From the NCBI GenBank assembly GCA_050575255.1, contig JBNZDD010013702.1:2703907-2767906 (forward strand): DNA of 64,000 bases. The letters are read 5' to 3'. The position numbers and the translations under genes are program-made. Of this stretch, positions 28,101 through 42,941 are shown in pieces. How positions within the stretch are numbered: position 1 is the stretch's first letter; the number at the start of each line of letters is the position of its first letter. Origin of the DNA: Harriotta raleighana. Its lineage: Eukaryota. A model generated the notes under the pieces. It worked only from the letters and a program-made list of their open reading frames with translations. It did not search any database and was not told the DNA's origin.

Positions 28101-31100
28101 AGAAATAAATCATAATGTTTTCAACATAGTACAAACTGAGCTGTAACGAGTTCATTTACTGCAGGTCAGTACGAGGTCTCGTCTCCCTATTGCGTTGAAG
28201 CAGGCGAGATCCACCAGCAGCGTGAGCCTGGCCTCCAGCCAGGACATGGTGTCTGACACTCAGCAGCAAGTGGGACTATTGAAGGGACTATTGAAAGACT
28301 GCAAACTGCAGAACAAGCAGCTGCATATTGAACTGTGCAATGCTGAAGCAACAGTTAATAGCCAGGCAGAGAAACTGAAACTTCATTGTTCTCCCCAAGG
28401 TAAGCAACTTAGCATTATTTGTAAAGCATTATTGTCCTTACCTTTTTGTCAGTGTGTTGCATGGCTTAGAACAGTGGCCAGCAAATACAGTGAGTTTAAC
28501 ATTGATCCTTAAGCCTTGATGATTTTCAGGGTGGGGTGTTCGAATGGTTTGTGGATATATCATCAATTCATTTCAACCACCAAACTAGGGAGATTTCGCA
28601 TGATATGAACTTTTTTGGATGTTTTTATAAGGACGGCTACATTTGGAAGATGTCTCAGTTTAAATGATGGGCCGGGTGGGGGTGAGGTGGTTACCATGTG
28701 GTGTGTCAGTATATGTATTTGCAGTTGGATGACATTGTGTTTTATCTTCTAATTTAAGGAGCTTGACTGCCTGCAACTGCTACTTGCAAGATCTTCCCTC
28801 TCTCCTTTCCAGCCCCCCTCACCACCCCAAAATCCCTTTTCGCTGCAGCTTTTGTGTGTTACGAACTTTGCTTTTGTGCTTGTTTTTTCTGTAGCTGAGA
28901 CCTGTTTGGAGCAAGATGATAAAGAAGTCCAAGTGGACTTTCAGGACCTTGGTTATGAAACCTGTGGAAAAAGTGAAACTGAGGCGGACAGGGATGAGAG
29001 CAGTAGTCCAGGTAGATGGCAGGAACGCGGAAACCTGACTCACTCAATTCTCAAGCAAGCATGGGGGAAAGGACTGCTTTATTCTCTGTTGATTGCACGC
29101 TTTTATTTATCTTTCTTCTCGCTCGCTTTGTAGCTAAAATGTTGTGCTTATTAATTATTTTCATTGTTTCTGTTTGTCGTGAATCAAATCCTGATGTTTG
29201 TGAAACAAAGGCGTGGTTTCAGCTGCCTTGATCATTCAAGCCATCGTGAACAGGTTACAAGATTAATAATATCAGAGTTAACTGTCCTACAACCTGGGTG
29301 AAATGTGAAGAGCTGACATAAATACTACCAAACAATGACGAGGGCAGTTTCTCATTTCAAGCAAAGTTTACATCGAATGTGATGGATAATTCTAATTAAT
29401 TATCACTTCACACTCGAGTGAGATTTGTTGTAAAGAGAAAGGAATGAAGAGGGGAGTAGGAGGAATGGGGACTTGTGTGAAGTATACACACTGCCGTGGT
29501 CTAGTTGGGCTGAACGGCATGTTTCCGTGCTGTTACAACTCTTATGTAATTTTTTAAAAAAAGATGTTACAACTCNAAAGGAATGAAGAGGGGAGTAGGA
29601 GGAATGGGGACTTGTGTGAAGTATACACACTGCCATGGTCTAGTTGGGCTGAACGGCATGTTTCCGTGCTGTTACAACTCTTATGTAATTTTTAAAAAAA
29701 AGATGTTACAACTCTATTGATAATAAATTGGCACAACAGACTGTCTTACATCTCTGCACGTTTTATTCTTCTGCGTTCATGCATTTTATTGTTGTTTTCA
29801 TCTTCTCGGAACTTTGGTAGTTTACGCATCAAACTGAGAAGGATATTCACTGCCTGAATGTTTCTATTGCATTTCCTCCCAAGACTAACCACATAAATAA
29901 TGCTTTGATATAAAATCTTTTTCCATTGACTTTGCTGGATTTTTATTTTTGTCAGACACAGCCAGCCATTTGCCGGGCCACCACTGCAGCGAATCGAACA
30001 TTCCATCTCTACTTAAACTCAACCGCCGTTTCTTTTCCATGGAGAATCTTGACACCAACTCGTCAACATCCTACCCCAGCTCGCCAAGTTTGATTTCACC
30101 CAAAATCAGCTTGAAGAACCTCAATGTATTTGACGACTATGGACAGACAGACGACACGAGTGAGCTCCAACTCCAAATCCGTGAATTGAAAGCCCAGATC
30201 GAGAAGTACCAGAAAATCGTTCAGCACCTTCACCCTCAAATGTGTAAGAATTCTCTGTCGAGCGATCAGTTGACCGGCTCCGATCATAGTTCACAAACGC
30301 AGGGCTCCTCTTATGAAGGGCAATATTTGGACACAGTTCAAAAGGAAGACTTGCACTGCTCCAGCCAGAGAAGACATTCCATACAGTCTTCAGACTTGTC
30401 TACTGGGACCAGGCAGAAGAAAGGAAACCATTTGGATCACATGCCAAGATCCCAAAGTATGGATTTTGGGAACCAAGATGACCAAGGAAGCTGGACAGTG
30501 TCTCAGTTTGCGGAGAACGTACAGCAGGTACAGCAGCTGAAGAGACGAGTGAAAAAGTTGGAGGATCAGATACAGAAAGAAAGAGCTGTGAATGAGAGAC
30601 TTCAGGGCCAAATGCGGCATATCCAAACTAAGTTGGCAGCAACATCCCCAGCCAGGTATCGGCAATCCTTTCCAATTGATTTACTTTTGAACGAAGCTAA
30701 TTATAGCTAGAATCCATGCTCTATTGCAATAATAATTAAAATAATCATATTTATTATTACAATATAATCCTAGCATTTGATAATAGCTTCTCATCATGTT
30801 GTTGAGATGTCTCAAAGCGTTTCACAGAATATACTGTAAAGTGAATTGATCGCATATTTTGTGGGCGTAACACAGAAGCAAATTGCACATGGCAGCATTC
30901 CTTAAAACCATCGTGGATTGGGTGACCAAATTATATATATATTGTTTCCATCTTCTTGATGTTCCAATCTATTAATGGAGATGAATGTTCACACCAGAAT
31001 CAGACCTTTGTCAGCTCTTGCTCCAATGTCGAAGATTTTAAGCTTGGTATCTACTGTAATGCTAACATCCTAACAGATCGAGTTTTCAAAATATTTCATG

Positions 31101-34100
31101 TGCCATGTGCCCTACAGATATGATCCACTGATACAGTCCCAAGCAAGAGATTTATCGTACCTTCGCCAGCAAATTAAAGAAAGCCGTAATATCTGGACCT
31201 TGCACTACCAGCAACTCGTGGATCTCACCAAAGGCTTTGAGGAACTTCTTCAAGCCAGCGATATTGATTATTACATTGGAGAGGCATTCCGTGAGCAGCT
31301 TGATGAGAGCTTGCAACTGGTGGTCAAGCTGGAACGCAAGCTTGACAATGGTATGCGTATTAATAATAATATTAATGATATTAATAATAATATTAACAAT
31401 AGTAATAATAAAATAAGAAAGCTACATCTTGAAGGAAATGCATTTGCCTATAGACTCCGTTTTTAAAAGAGCTTACTAGATGTTTGAGTGTCAGCACCAG
31501 CTTCTTGTAGGCGGTAAGAAGGGAGAGATGCAGTTCATGTCACTTAAGATGATTTAGGGGATAGAATGGCTGATCGGACCTGACTGGTGACAAGATTTCT
31601 TGGCTTATCTTCCTCAGCATCATTTTACAGCAAAGATGTTCAAAGTGCATTTCTATATCAAATCATGTTATGAGGATGGTTTCAAAAGATTGAAAAGGAT
31701 TCATATGAGTGACCACGCATTATTGGGCATTAATTTCAGTATTATTACTGATTTTACTGACTGGTTCTATAGCAAATAGAATACATGTTGGATTAAAAGA
31801 ACAATGGTCTTTAAAATGAAAAACAATACAAACCACTAAGATTTTTGCTTCTATGTTCTTTCACTCTTGCAGGGGAAATGTCCTCAGTTGGTGGAGATCA
31901 CACGTTTCTCAATATGGCTCAAAGGTAAGCAATTTTTAGGTCAGAAACTCTTGATTAAAACTGGAAATTGGATCTCTTTGTATCTGCAACCTGGGGAAAA
32001 AAGAGCCAAATATTGCATGAGATAAGATTACATGAGCAGCATTTGGATAGTGACAGAAGCATTTATTTTGAATATTAATGTAACTTCTAATGATCAGAGT
32101 TCAATGTGATTTTTGGGGCATGCAGCCAGGTGTTAAAAGGTATGTCCAAATTTGGTCCTAAGAAAGATTTTCTGTAGCTTTTTAAAAAAAAATTATCTAA
32201 AGAATTTGTTAAAGAACTTGTTAGTGGTTTTATTCTGGTTATCTGATATCTAAATCAGATATGTATCGGTTGTTGTCCTTGTATTGCCCCAAAAATACAC
32301 AGCCACTACACGTTAAAGTATATTCTATCATGCGCTTTGAGACGTCTCAATAAGGCGCTATATCAAGTGCAAGGATTATTATTGTTATTGTTTGTCTCAT
32401 ACTTAGACATTTTCAAACTGGTTGTTGTCAGGAATATATTGGTAGCTGTGAATAGATGGTTTAAATGATCTGCATTCAGTTTATCTCAGCCATAGAGCAG
32501 CCCAATTACACACAAGTTGTGTAACTATGTCATGGCTAATCCGTGCTATTTGCTTACGTTTCATCTGTTTCACTGTAATTAGGCTGGTTAATCATTTGAC
32601 TGAATAGTGTATTTACTAGAGTAAATTATTATGAGGTAATGTAGAGCACAATCTTCCAAATGATTTGAAATGTCAAAGATATTTAATTGTAATAACGACT
32701 AAATCAAGGTCAATCCGTGCTATTTACTTATGACTCATCTGCTTCAAACTGATGTATGTACGTGTGCTGATCTGACTAATCCCAGTTTCTTCAATGAATT
32801 ATTTTAAGGTTTTCCCAATTGACTGAAATGTCAAGCACATTAATTATGAGGAGGAATCATTTAAAGTTTCATCTAGGAGTGAATAGCTAACCGTGGAGCA
32901 GCCAGATAGATTATGGTCTGAGCAGGCGTGACCACATTCATTCTTAAAGCTCCAAATTTTGGCAAGCATGTCAGATTAAAAACACAAGGAAATTGTATTT
33001 GTGAAGGAGTTCTCGTGTATAGTTTATATTGATATTTAAGTGTCCTCCCGATGTGAAAGGCGCTACATAAATGTAATTTTGATTGATTGATAATGGAATA
33101 TTTTTTAATGGAATTGTAATACAACCTGCAGACCCATTGTTGTAGTATAATTAAAGCTGTTCTTTCGTCTGCTAAGTGCTTGATTTGGTACTGCCCAGTA
33201 CTCAATCCACAATTGTTTGTGGGACACGGCTGTGTGCAAATCGCTTCCATGCTTCGCCCACAAAATACAGTCAATTCGCTTTACAGTGTATTCTTGAAAA
33301 TGTGATAAGGAGCTATATCAAATGCAAGGACTATTAAGNAAATCGCTTCCATGCTTCGCCCACAAAATACAGTCAATTCGCTTTACAGTATATTCTTGAA
33401 AATGTGATAAGGAGCTATATCAAATGCAAGGACTATTATATAAGGATTACTGCCATTCACATTTCCTTTGAAGGTCAGTTATGGATTTAGATCTGGTAGT
33501 GAGCCCTTTGGGTAATTAAATGGAGTCAGGCAGCAAGGATTTTCAGCTCCAATTTAATAGTTACTTTTATAAATTGGAAAAACACAAAAAAATACTTACT
33601 GGGCATTTACATGAACTCAGTTATATCAATATTTTGGTGGTGTAAAGTAAAGGCTTTTAAAGCCATCAAATCTCTTAAAAGTATATCTTTTATTTGGAAA
33701 CAGATTTAAGTGGTTTTATATTTTATATGCATCACAACAACAGCAATGTATGTATTACTGTCCGCTTATTAGACTGAAAACATTATGTTGGTAAGAACGA
33801 GTCAGAATCAGTACAAATTTATAAAAAATTATAAATTAGTTTGTCTTTTATTTTGAAAGCTCTGCATTTTTGGGCAGATTTTATTTGAATCGTGGCAGAA
33901 ATCTTAGCTGTTCTGAAATGTCCTGCCTCTTGCAATGTCATACCTTAAATAGCTCCTTACGCCAAAGAGTATCCTATCACCAAGATCTAAGCAAGGGTGT
34001 CGGTTGGAGCATTTAAGGAGGTCCATGATAAATTTCTGTTGAGGTAGATGCAGTTCCAAAACGTATGATTAAATTGAATAATCTGCTGATGCTATGGACT

Positions 34101-37100
34101 GGGCCACTAATCGTTAATGCACTTGTTAATCTCAAACGCCACTGTTCTTAAGATAACAGATCTGCTGAGTGCTTAGCAGAGGAGAGTTTAAAGCAAGAGA
34201 AACTGTCCTGTGTTCTCCTTCCATTGAGATGAAGCTGAACTGAAAGATTGGGGCAATACACGTGCTGCTCTTGTGTCTAGCTTGTGCGTGGAATGTTTGC
34301 GGAAGTTGTTCAGTAACGATGAGGACAGGGAAATGGGGGTCAGCTAACATATGGATGAACTGCCTGATGCCTTCTGCTAATCTTCTGAAAGTTGCTGCTG
34401 AAAGTCTCTCTCGACATTATGCTTCCCAACAATTTCAGTTAATTTGCTTTGCGTAAAGTGAAGCAAAATGGCCTTGAAGCTTTTTCTCTGTGCTCTCTCA
34501 ATCAGTCTCTGCTTTCTCTACGCTCTGCATGGATGTATAAGTGCCTCAGGAGTGCTTAGGGCATGTTTTTGCCTGCCGGTGTGCATTTAATGCAAACAAG
34601 CAAGCATGCTTTCCAAAATTAGCCCGATCTATCGAGAGTCTCTGTTCTCCTTCTCTTTGGCTAGTCCTCGCAGCCTGCAGCATGAAATTCTCTACCTTCG
34701 AAAGCAGCTTAAGAGTGAACGAAGTCAGCTGCAAAAGCAGTTGAATGACCTCCTGTACCAGAATCAGTCCTTGTCACAGTCAACCAAAGAACAGCTTGAC
34801 CAGTAAGTTTATACTTGGCATTACAGCGATTAGGCACTTTTTTCACATAAAAAAGAGTTGCATGGTTTTATTTTCGCTCTCTTGTGTGTCTTGTGTTCAA
34901 GTTGACCTCAGTGTGAGTTTTCAGAACTTAATTGGAAAATTGACCTTAAATATCATACGAAAGAGTGAATGTGATTTGTTATGAACCAATCTTTTGCCCA
35001 CAAAAAAAGGCAATTCACTTTACAGTATAGTCTGAGACGCTTGAGATGTCTCAACTACAAGGATGATTATTATTGTTTGGCTTCTTGTATCAATGATGCT
35101 AAATGGGTGTTCTGTAATCGGACTTTCTTGATGGGGAAGGAAGCTCACTGAAGGACTACCTAGACTTTCTGGATATAGTTCTGTTTTGTAGCACGCCTAC
35201 AACAATATTGTCATGTGCTTCTCAGGATACCTACTTCAATTCCCTCTCTCCCAAACAAATAAGATAAGTAATAGTTAGCTGCGAGGTTTCAGAGGTTAGG
35301 TGTAGGTACAGGAGAGGGTGCTTCCATTTATGATATTCCATTATCTTTACAAATTTCTCCAGTCCTATACTCCATCCACACTCCGTGGCAGCCTTCAGCC
35401 TATATATTCCCGCTCTCTGGAACTCTCTTCAGTGGAGTCCTATAGTTTAGTGGTTAGAGCACTCGCCTTACAAATGTGAGACCTGTGTTCGAATCCAGGG
35501 CAAGTTTCCTTACTCCACACACCTAATAATAATCCGTCCAAAAAAAACCACAATAATAAAATTGGCCATTTTAATCTATGATTGTTTGTGGGACGCTGCT
35601 GTGCGCAGTTGGTTGCCGCGTTTTGCCCAGATATATATAGTCAATTCATTTTATAGTATATTCTGTCAAGCGCTTTGAGATGTCTAGAAGATGTGAAAAG
35701 CGCTATATCAAATGCAAGGATTATTATTATTTTTAAAATCCCTTGGCCGTTGCCTTCTCTTCCTGCCTTCAAATCCCTCCTAAAACATCTTTCTGATTTA
35801 CCTACATTTGATCCATATCCTCAGATTCCCCTCCTTTGGTTGGTGATTCCCATCTTCATTTTGACTTGCTTTGAGACATTCATCCTACGTGAAAGGTGAC
35901 AGTGCAGGTTATTGTACCCTCAACACACAGAGCCAAATAACCTGCACTTGACATGCATTTCCTTTTTTGTAGGTGGACGATAAAATGAAACGGGAACATT
36001 TCAAATCTGATTTAAAGGACCTTACAATGTATTTAATCTGACCATTTTTTTCTCTTCTCTCTCTCCCGCAGACTTACAAAAGAGGTTCAGGAAAAGAACA
36101 AAACCATTTGTCAGCTTCAGCAACAGCTAAGAGCTCAGTCGCACATGTCCAACAGCCACCTCTCTTCAGATTGCGAGGCATCGGATCAGAGCTCCGTTCG
36201 TTCACACGACATTCGGTCGACAACTCCCGAAGCAAGGAAGATCTGTGAAAGCTTAATGCTCGACCACAGTCGTTTACAGAGGAGGCTTTCGCAAGATTCA
36301 GATGGTACTTTGCTTTTTTTTTGCTAAAAGTGTGGCTGGTGTTCCTGTTATTGTTTTGTTTGCAGGTTGTAAAAAAACGACCTTGTGTCTGTCTCGTTAG
36401 CACATTCTTTTATCAAATGTGTTCTCCACCTATGAGATGATACTCTGCTTCCTTAGAAATCTTATTCCAGTCACAATATTGTAGTTGCATTCATTCCGTT
36501 GCATTCTAAATCCATCAATCCATACAAGTCTCTTCAGGTTTAACAACAACTCAAAACATATTCCGTGCAGAAATGTCCACACATTGTGATTACTGAGATT
36601 GAGGCCACTATAATTCCTTTGATAATCTGAAATGATTAGTCTGTTCATCTTGTAGATGCTCCAACTCACTGCGACTCAGAGGTCTGACTCAGATGTGGGA
36701 GACATCTTGCACTTCCTATTCAGTTATCTATGACACCTTTTGGCTACTGAGGGCAAGATGAGAAACGGCCGCTTAAGTGATATTTTTGTGACCCTTCAAG
36801 AGGCATAACAACAACTGTTACAGGTTATGAAGGAAGAGGATGGGATGAAATGGGGGTGGGGTGGTTGAGGAGGATGAAATTGGCCCTGTGGGCTGCCAGT
36901 TGGTCTGTCCCACCATACCACCTTGAAAATTCAACACAGCAGCTTGCCCCCCTTTCACTATAATCAGAACAATCATCCAGGATCCAGTCCAGTCACATTG
37001 CCTTCCCTTTCCACTGTAGAATTAAGAAATTTAAAAGAGAGGAAAATAATGAAGGCAGACTTCAAAATAACAGGCTTAAAGTCGTTTAAATGTTTACAAT

Positions 37101-40100
37101 TTCAATCCAATGGAGTATTCATTTCACTGCCTGCTTCCCTTCTCCAAGACTGTAGATCTGTTGATTACAACAACAACAAAATTACTCTTGTATAGTGCCT
37201 TTCACTTCAGGAGGACGTTCCAAGATGTTGGATTACCGGTGCTGGATTATGTTCTAATACAGCATTTTTTTAAACTCATTTCAAATTTCAAATTTATAGT
37301 AGTCATTAATAACCTGTGTTCAACATGTAAAGAATACAATAATAATAATCCTTGCATTTGATATAGTGCTTTTCACATCTTCAAGACGTCTCAAAGCACT
37401 CCACAGAATATATACTATAAATTAATTTGACTGTATTTGTGGGTGAAAAGCGGGAGCCAATTGCTCACAGCAGTGTCCCACAAACAGTTGTGGATTGAAA
37501 TGATGAATTTATTACTGTATTATTTTTGAGGGATTATTATTAGGCGTGTAGAATGAGGAAATTTGCCAAAGATTTTGCCCTGACCTGCCTGGAATCGATC
37601 CCAGGTTTCTCACTTGCGAGGCGAGTGCTCTAACCACTGAGCTACAGGACTCTCTTGTAGGTAGACGCGGCAGCATAGTTGCGGACAGCAATGTCCTACA
37701 AATAGCCACGGAGTGAGAGATCAATTTTATTTGGGGGATTGTTGGTCAGGAAACCAGGGCAGAGAGAAACTCCCTTTTCTTTTCGAATAGAGCCACAGGA
37801 TCTTTATCATCTGCCTATAAGGCAGACGGGACCTCGGGTAGTAACCGATATAAAGAAAGATGAATAATCCAGCCCTCTGCTTTGGAAACAAATGCTGTTG
37901 GACTCTTGACTTTTAAAGACAAAGTTCCACAACAAAATCTATAATTGATTGTCTTGAAAGGAGTTTAATCTGCTGACATGAAGCAAAAGCGGGAGGCTTG
38001 ACTGGTATAGCTTTCCATCGTACCTTACAAAACTGCATAATTTATTGGCAGTATCCTGTTTAATCTGAAAGGCACACTTATCAAATGGAAACCAAAGACA
38101 ATATGTTTGAATTCCTTTGATAATGGCTTGGGCTGGCTGCACACTGCCGGATTGGGTCACTTGACGTTGTTAGAGTCAGGATCCCGACCGTAAATCTTTA
38201 TCAACGCCGATATTTTGTTAAAACGAGGAACAATTTTAGCTGTTGCTTACGTGGCTTGAGTTCCTGAATTTCCTCAAGTGAAAGCGGTGGGAGGTGGAAG
38301 CCTCAACTGAACCTCTGATATCGGCTGTACAATGATGGGAATTAACAAGGAGAAAGTAAGCAGTGAGGAGGTGAAGAGAGGGAATGTCATTTGCGTGCGT
38401 GGGAAATGGAGGAAAATGGTTAGAGCCGCTAAAGAGGAACGGGCAGGTACTGACATGAAAGCTGTACTGATATGAAAGCTGCTACAAAAAGTTGCCTCAC
38501 CACTTTGCAATCTTTGACTGCTAATAAAACTGATGTGTGCAAAGCAGAAAATTCGAGTACAGGACATATTTTTAATAGGTCGAATATTTATAATATTCAG
38601 TTGTGGCCAAATTTTCCTAGCATTTACGCAGGATTTTCACTGTAGGAGTCAAAATGGTTTTGAAGACACTTTATCGAGACAGGAATTTCAAATGGTTTTC
38701 AAAGCTATTTCCTTTCTGCTCGTATCCGTGGACAAGTTGTAAATTTCTACTGTAAACATATTCAAATGTTTGACTTGGGGGATCGCCAGCTTTCTATCTT
38801 GCTTCTCCCGATCTCTGTGATCTATTAACACCATATCAATCTCTCCGTTTGACCTGCTCCATTTCCCCCAGCCCAGCCTCACCACTTTGTGACTCCTATA
38901 ATAATATTAAAAATAATAATTCTTGCACTTGATATAATGCTTTTCATGTCTTCTAGACGTCTCAAAGCGCTTCACAGACTACTGCAAAATGAATTGACTA
39001 TAAAATTTGTGGGTGAAACACAGCAACCAATTGCACACAGCAGTGTCCCACAAACAGTCATGGATTGAAATGACTAATTTTAGTATTGTTTTTTTCACGG
39101 GATTATTATTACGCGTGTGTGTGGAGTAAGGAAACTTGCCCACGGTTTCACCCTAACCTGTCTGGATTCGAACACAGGTCTCAGGCTGTTGCTGTACTTT
39201 TAACTTAGTTACTCTGAATCTAGAATTAATTTAGAATTCAAGCAAATATTATGATACGCTCTTTGTCTTCAACCAGATATTGCCAAATACCGATCATCTT
39301 CTCAAAGTGGTTTGTCAGCTGCTGACTCGAGTACAAACTTTCAGATTAATGAGCAGATGGCAGAGCGAAAAACACGGTCTGGACTTTCCGTCACATCAGA
39401 TGACAAAGCGCTACACCCTGGTTTGTATCCATTTTCTATTTATATGTGATTTATGCTTGTGTCGGCCGCTGGGTTAGAACATTATGTACATCTTTGAAGT
39501 TTAAAAAGTTTTGAAAAAGAGGTATATTTTAAGAGGAGATAGCGAAATTGAAATGTAAGGCCACTGCCATCAGCATACACTTTTTATCTGAAAATATGTC
39601 CCTGCAGTGTGTGTGCTTACTGATTATACTTACTGATTTTTAAAAAAATAAAAAATCCTAAGAATTACGTCACTCAATCCATGACTGTTTGTGGGACACT
39701 GCTGTGCCGCATTTCGCCCACAAAATACACAATCATTCCACTTTATGGTATATTCTGTGAGGTGTTTTGAGATATAAAGCGCTAGATCAATTACAAGGAT
39801 TATTATGTCAGAAACCTAGTCAATGAGCCTGTTCACAACAGAAAATCAGATTGTGTAACTTCCTAAATGTGGATCACGTTTACAGGTTGTGTTTGAAAAT
39901 CCATATGTCAGACTAGTTTTATTCACAAGTGTCCCACACTACCTTTGGAAACTGATTTTGCTTGACTTTTACATTGGTGACAGCAAACATTACCATTGTT
40001 CAAAGTGGACTCAAGCCATTAAATTAATCATAATTTCAACATTCTGACAACTTTAATTGCATTGACAGGCATGACAAATAATATCCTCTGTGTCTTTCTC

Positions 40101-42874
40101 CTTTACAGTGGCAGGGAGCCAGGTACCCGCACAAACATCGCCTCACAGTGACTGGACAAGTGAAAGTGTTGGTGCTCAGACATCGTTGCTGAACCAGAAG
40201 CTGTTTGAGCTGCAGAGAGAAAACGCCACCTTGTGCGATCGGCTGAAGAACAAAGAAGACCTGAATGAAACATTGAGGACGGAACTGGACTTGCATCGAA
40301 CCATCTTGACAGAGGGACAAGAAGGAGCTGATCACCAGACCACTCACTCACCCGACAGTGATCGGCCTTTAAAATCAAACCAGCAGATTGCAGTGTCCAA
40401 AGAGCAAAGATTCAACTCTGGCCTAAGTGCTGCAGGTATGACACTTCACAACAACTTACACTTGTAAGTAAGTGTACAAGTACTTACTTACTTGTAAGTA
40501 ACAAATTACACTTGTACAGCGCCTTTCACGTCAGGAGGATGTCAACAGCCCAGTCATTAGTTACATCTGTAAAGACTTGAAATCAGTATTGTATTTCATG
40601 TTGATCCTTATTTCCCTCTTTTGCATACAGGTGACCCTATAATCCTCAGTAATTTGAAGGGTAGTAATCCTGTAAAAAAAAATATATATTTTGATCACTC
40701 AATCCACAACTGTTTGTGGGACGGTGCGGATTGCAATTAGCTACTCTGTTTCCTCCCCAAAATATTCAGTCAATTAACTTTACAGTATATTCTGCGAAGT
40801 GCTTTGAGAGGTCTCGAAGACGTGATAAGGTGCAATATTAAATGCAAGGATTATTATCATTTGCGGATGCAGTACAGTGAGGTTCTATTGTGACACTTTC
40901 CTTTCAAGTCATTTCAGAAGCAGAGACACTGTTGCTGAGTTTCCTACTAATGCAACCGCTTTTTACCTTAGATTTATTAGCGGAGCACCTTCACGAAATC
41001 CGCAGCCTGAGAGAGCGTTTGGACGAATCGATCAGAAACAACGACCGGTTAAGAGAACAACTGGAGCGGCGACTGGCTGAAGCTGAGCGCGATCCAGGTG
41101 ATCAAACGTTCCTGCCACGTCCAACCTGCAGAGAAGCAAAAGCCACAAAAATATGCAGGAGTCTGTTGTCTGCACCTATGTTTTAGCGCAGAGATCACCT
41201 CCGTTCAACGGACTCCAGTCTGCTCCATATCCCCCGCACAATCCGCCCTACCATCATTGGACAGACTTTTAGCTTCTCTGCCTCCACAATCCATCCCACA
41301 GTCCCTTCGCCTTGCTTCCTCTTTTGCCTCCTTCAAGACCGGTCTCTTAAGACCCTACTCTTCAATCGTGCCTTCTGTTGCCCTCCTAATTCTCTCCCTC
41401 TTCTCTACCCTCCCCCCACCCCCCCTTCCTCAGGTCCCGACCTGAGTTCAACACCTTGGGACATCCTCCCAATGTGAAAGACGCTCTAGAAATGTAATTT
41501 TGTTGTTGTTGTCAGTCTGTATGCTGCAACCAATGTCGGGTTTGTAGGGAAGCTATCTTATAAACGAGTCAGTTGGGGCGAGGTGGAACCTCATTACAGT
41601 GTCCACAATCCAAACCAGTTTGACTAAATCCAGTGCTATGAACATCCAGCTCGAGTTAAAACAACTTTCCTCACTTTCAGCTTCCACAAATATCTTCATC
41701 CATGGCTCAGAAGAGCACAGTCACTTGACCGACAAGGTTCATTACCTGAAAGAACAAAACCAGGCGTTAAAGGGGGAACTGATGAGAGGTTCACGGGGTA
41801 AGTGTTCCAGCAACTGTTGGGCAATCGGGAGACACCAGTACTACAGTTAGAATCATACAATCAAAGAATATTACTGCACAGAAGGAGGCTATTCGGCCCC
41901 TCGTGTCTGTGCTGGCTCTTTGAAAGAGCTGCCCAATCAGTCCCACTCCCCCACTCTTTCCATACATGCTTGCAAATTTTTCCTTTTCAAGTACCTGTCC
42001 GACCCCCAACTTTTCAACGTCTTGGGACTTTCTCCCAAAGTGAGAGGCGCTCTATAAATATAATTTTGTTTATGTTATTGTGAATCTGTTTCCACCACCG
42101 TTTTAAGCAGTGCATTCTAGACTTTCGGTTCAGGAAAAGTTGCTGATAAGGGAGGTCTGATGTCTATGAAGTACGAAATCGTGGAAATGAGCTGAAACTT
42201 TGTCTTGCAGATAAGCAAAGGGAAAACGAGAAACTGAAGGAGTCGCTTTCGAAGAAAAATGCCATCATCGATCGCCTGCGTAGTGAGTGCGAGCGAGTGA
42301 GGAGAGAGCACGGGCGTCTGCAGGCTAAAGCCACCGAGGGTCACGAAGAAAATAAACGTCTCACTGACAAGTTGTACTGCACTCGGGGTGAAATCAACAG
42401 GTATTGAAATGCTCTGGGACTACCCCACCTGAAGGTCGTGATATAAATATTTGTTGTTCTTGTTACTCTTACAGTTGTGAACATCACAAAGCAATTTATT
42501 TCACAACCAAAATAGTTAGGGCAAACGTTATATCTGTTTAAATCAGCTCAACAGTTGCAAGTTCCTTTTTGTCATACTGTGTGATCTTCGCCTGAGGATT
42601 GGCCAGTTAGAAGGTTTCATGTGTTTCTTTGTATGTTAATTATTAAGTTGAATTTGACTTGTGGTGGTATTGTTTCAAGAGAAAGTTAAAAGGAGGGTGT
42701 GGTGTGCAGATTGGGTTTTGCTAGTTTGGTTTCTGTGACAGGTTAGAAAGAGAGCTCGCCTTACAGTACGAAAAGCTTACGGAGAACCAGCAGCTCCAGG
42801 AATCACTACAAGTGGAACTTCGTGTATACGAGCAGCTAAGAGAAGCCAAGGAAAAGAAAGCAGGTATTTATACA

Positions 42875-42941
<67 letters not shown>

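Noticed and set aside
29438-29714. Short tandem duplication around N at 29576 (likewise around N at 33339 and 62080)
   Set aside because: Near-identical copies flanking single-N joins are the signature of unmerged contig ends.
35434-35500. tRNA-like sequences (also ~45039, ~58218, ~8129)
   Set aside because: These are SINE heads continuing into the SINE body, or truncated at an N join; no intact cloverleaf.
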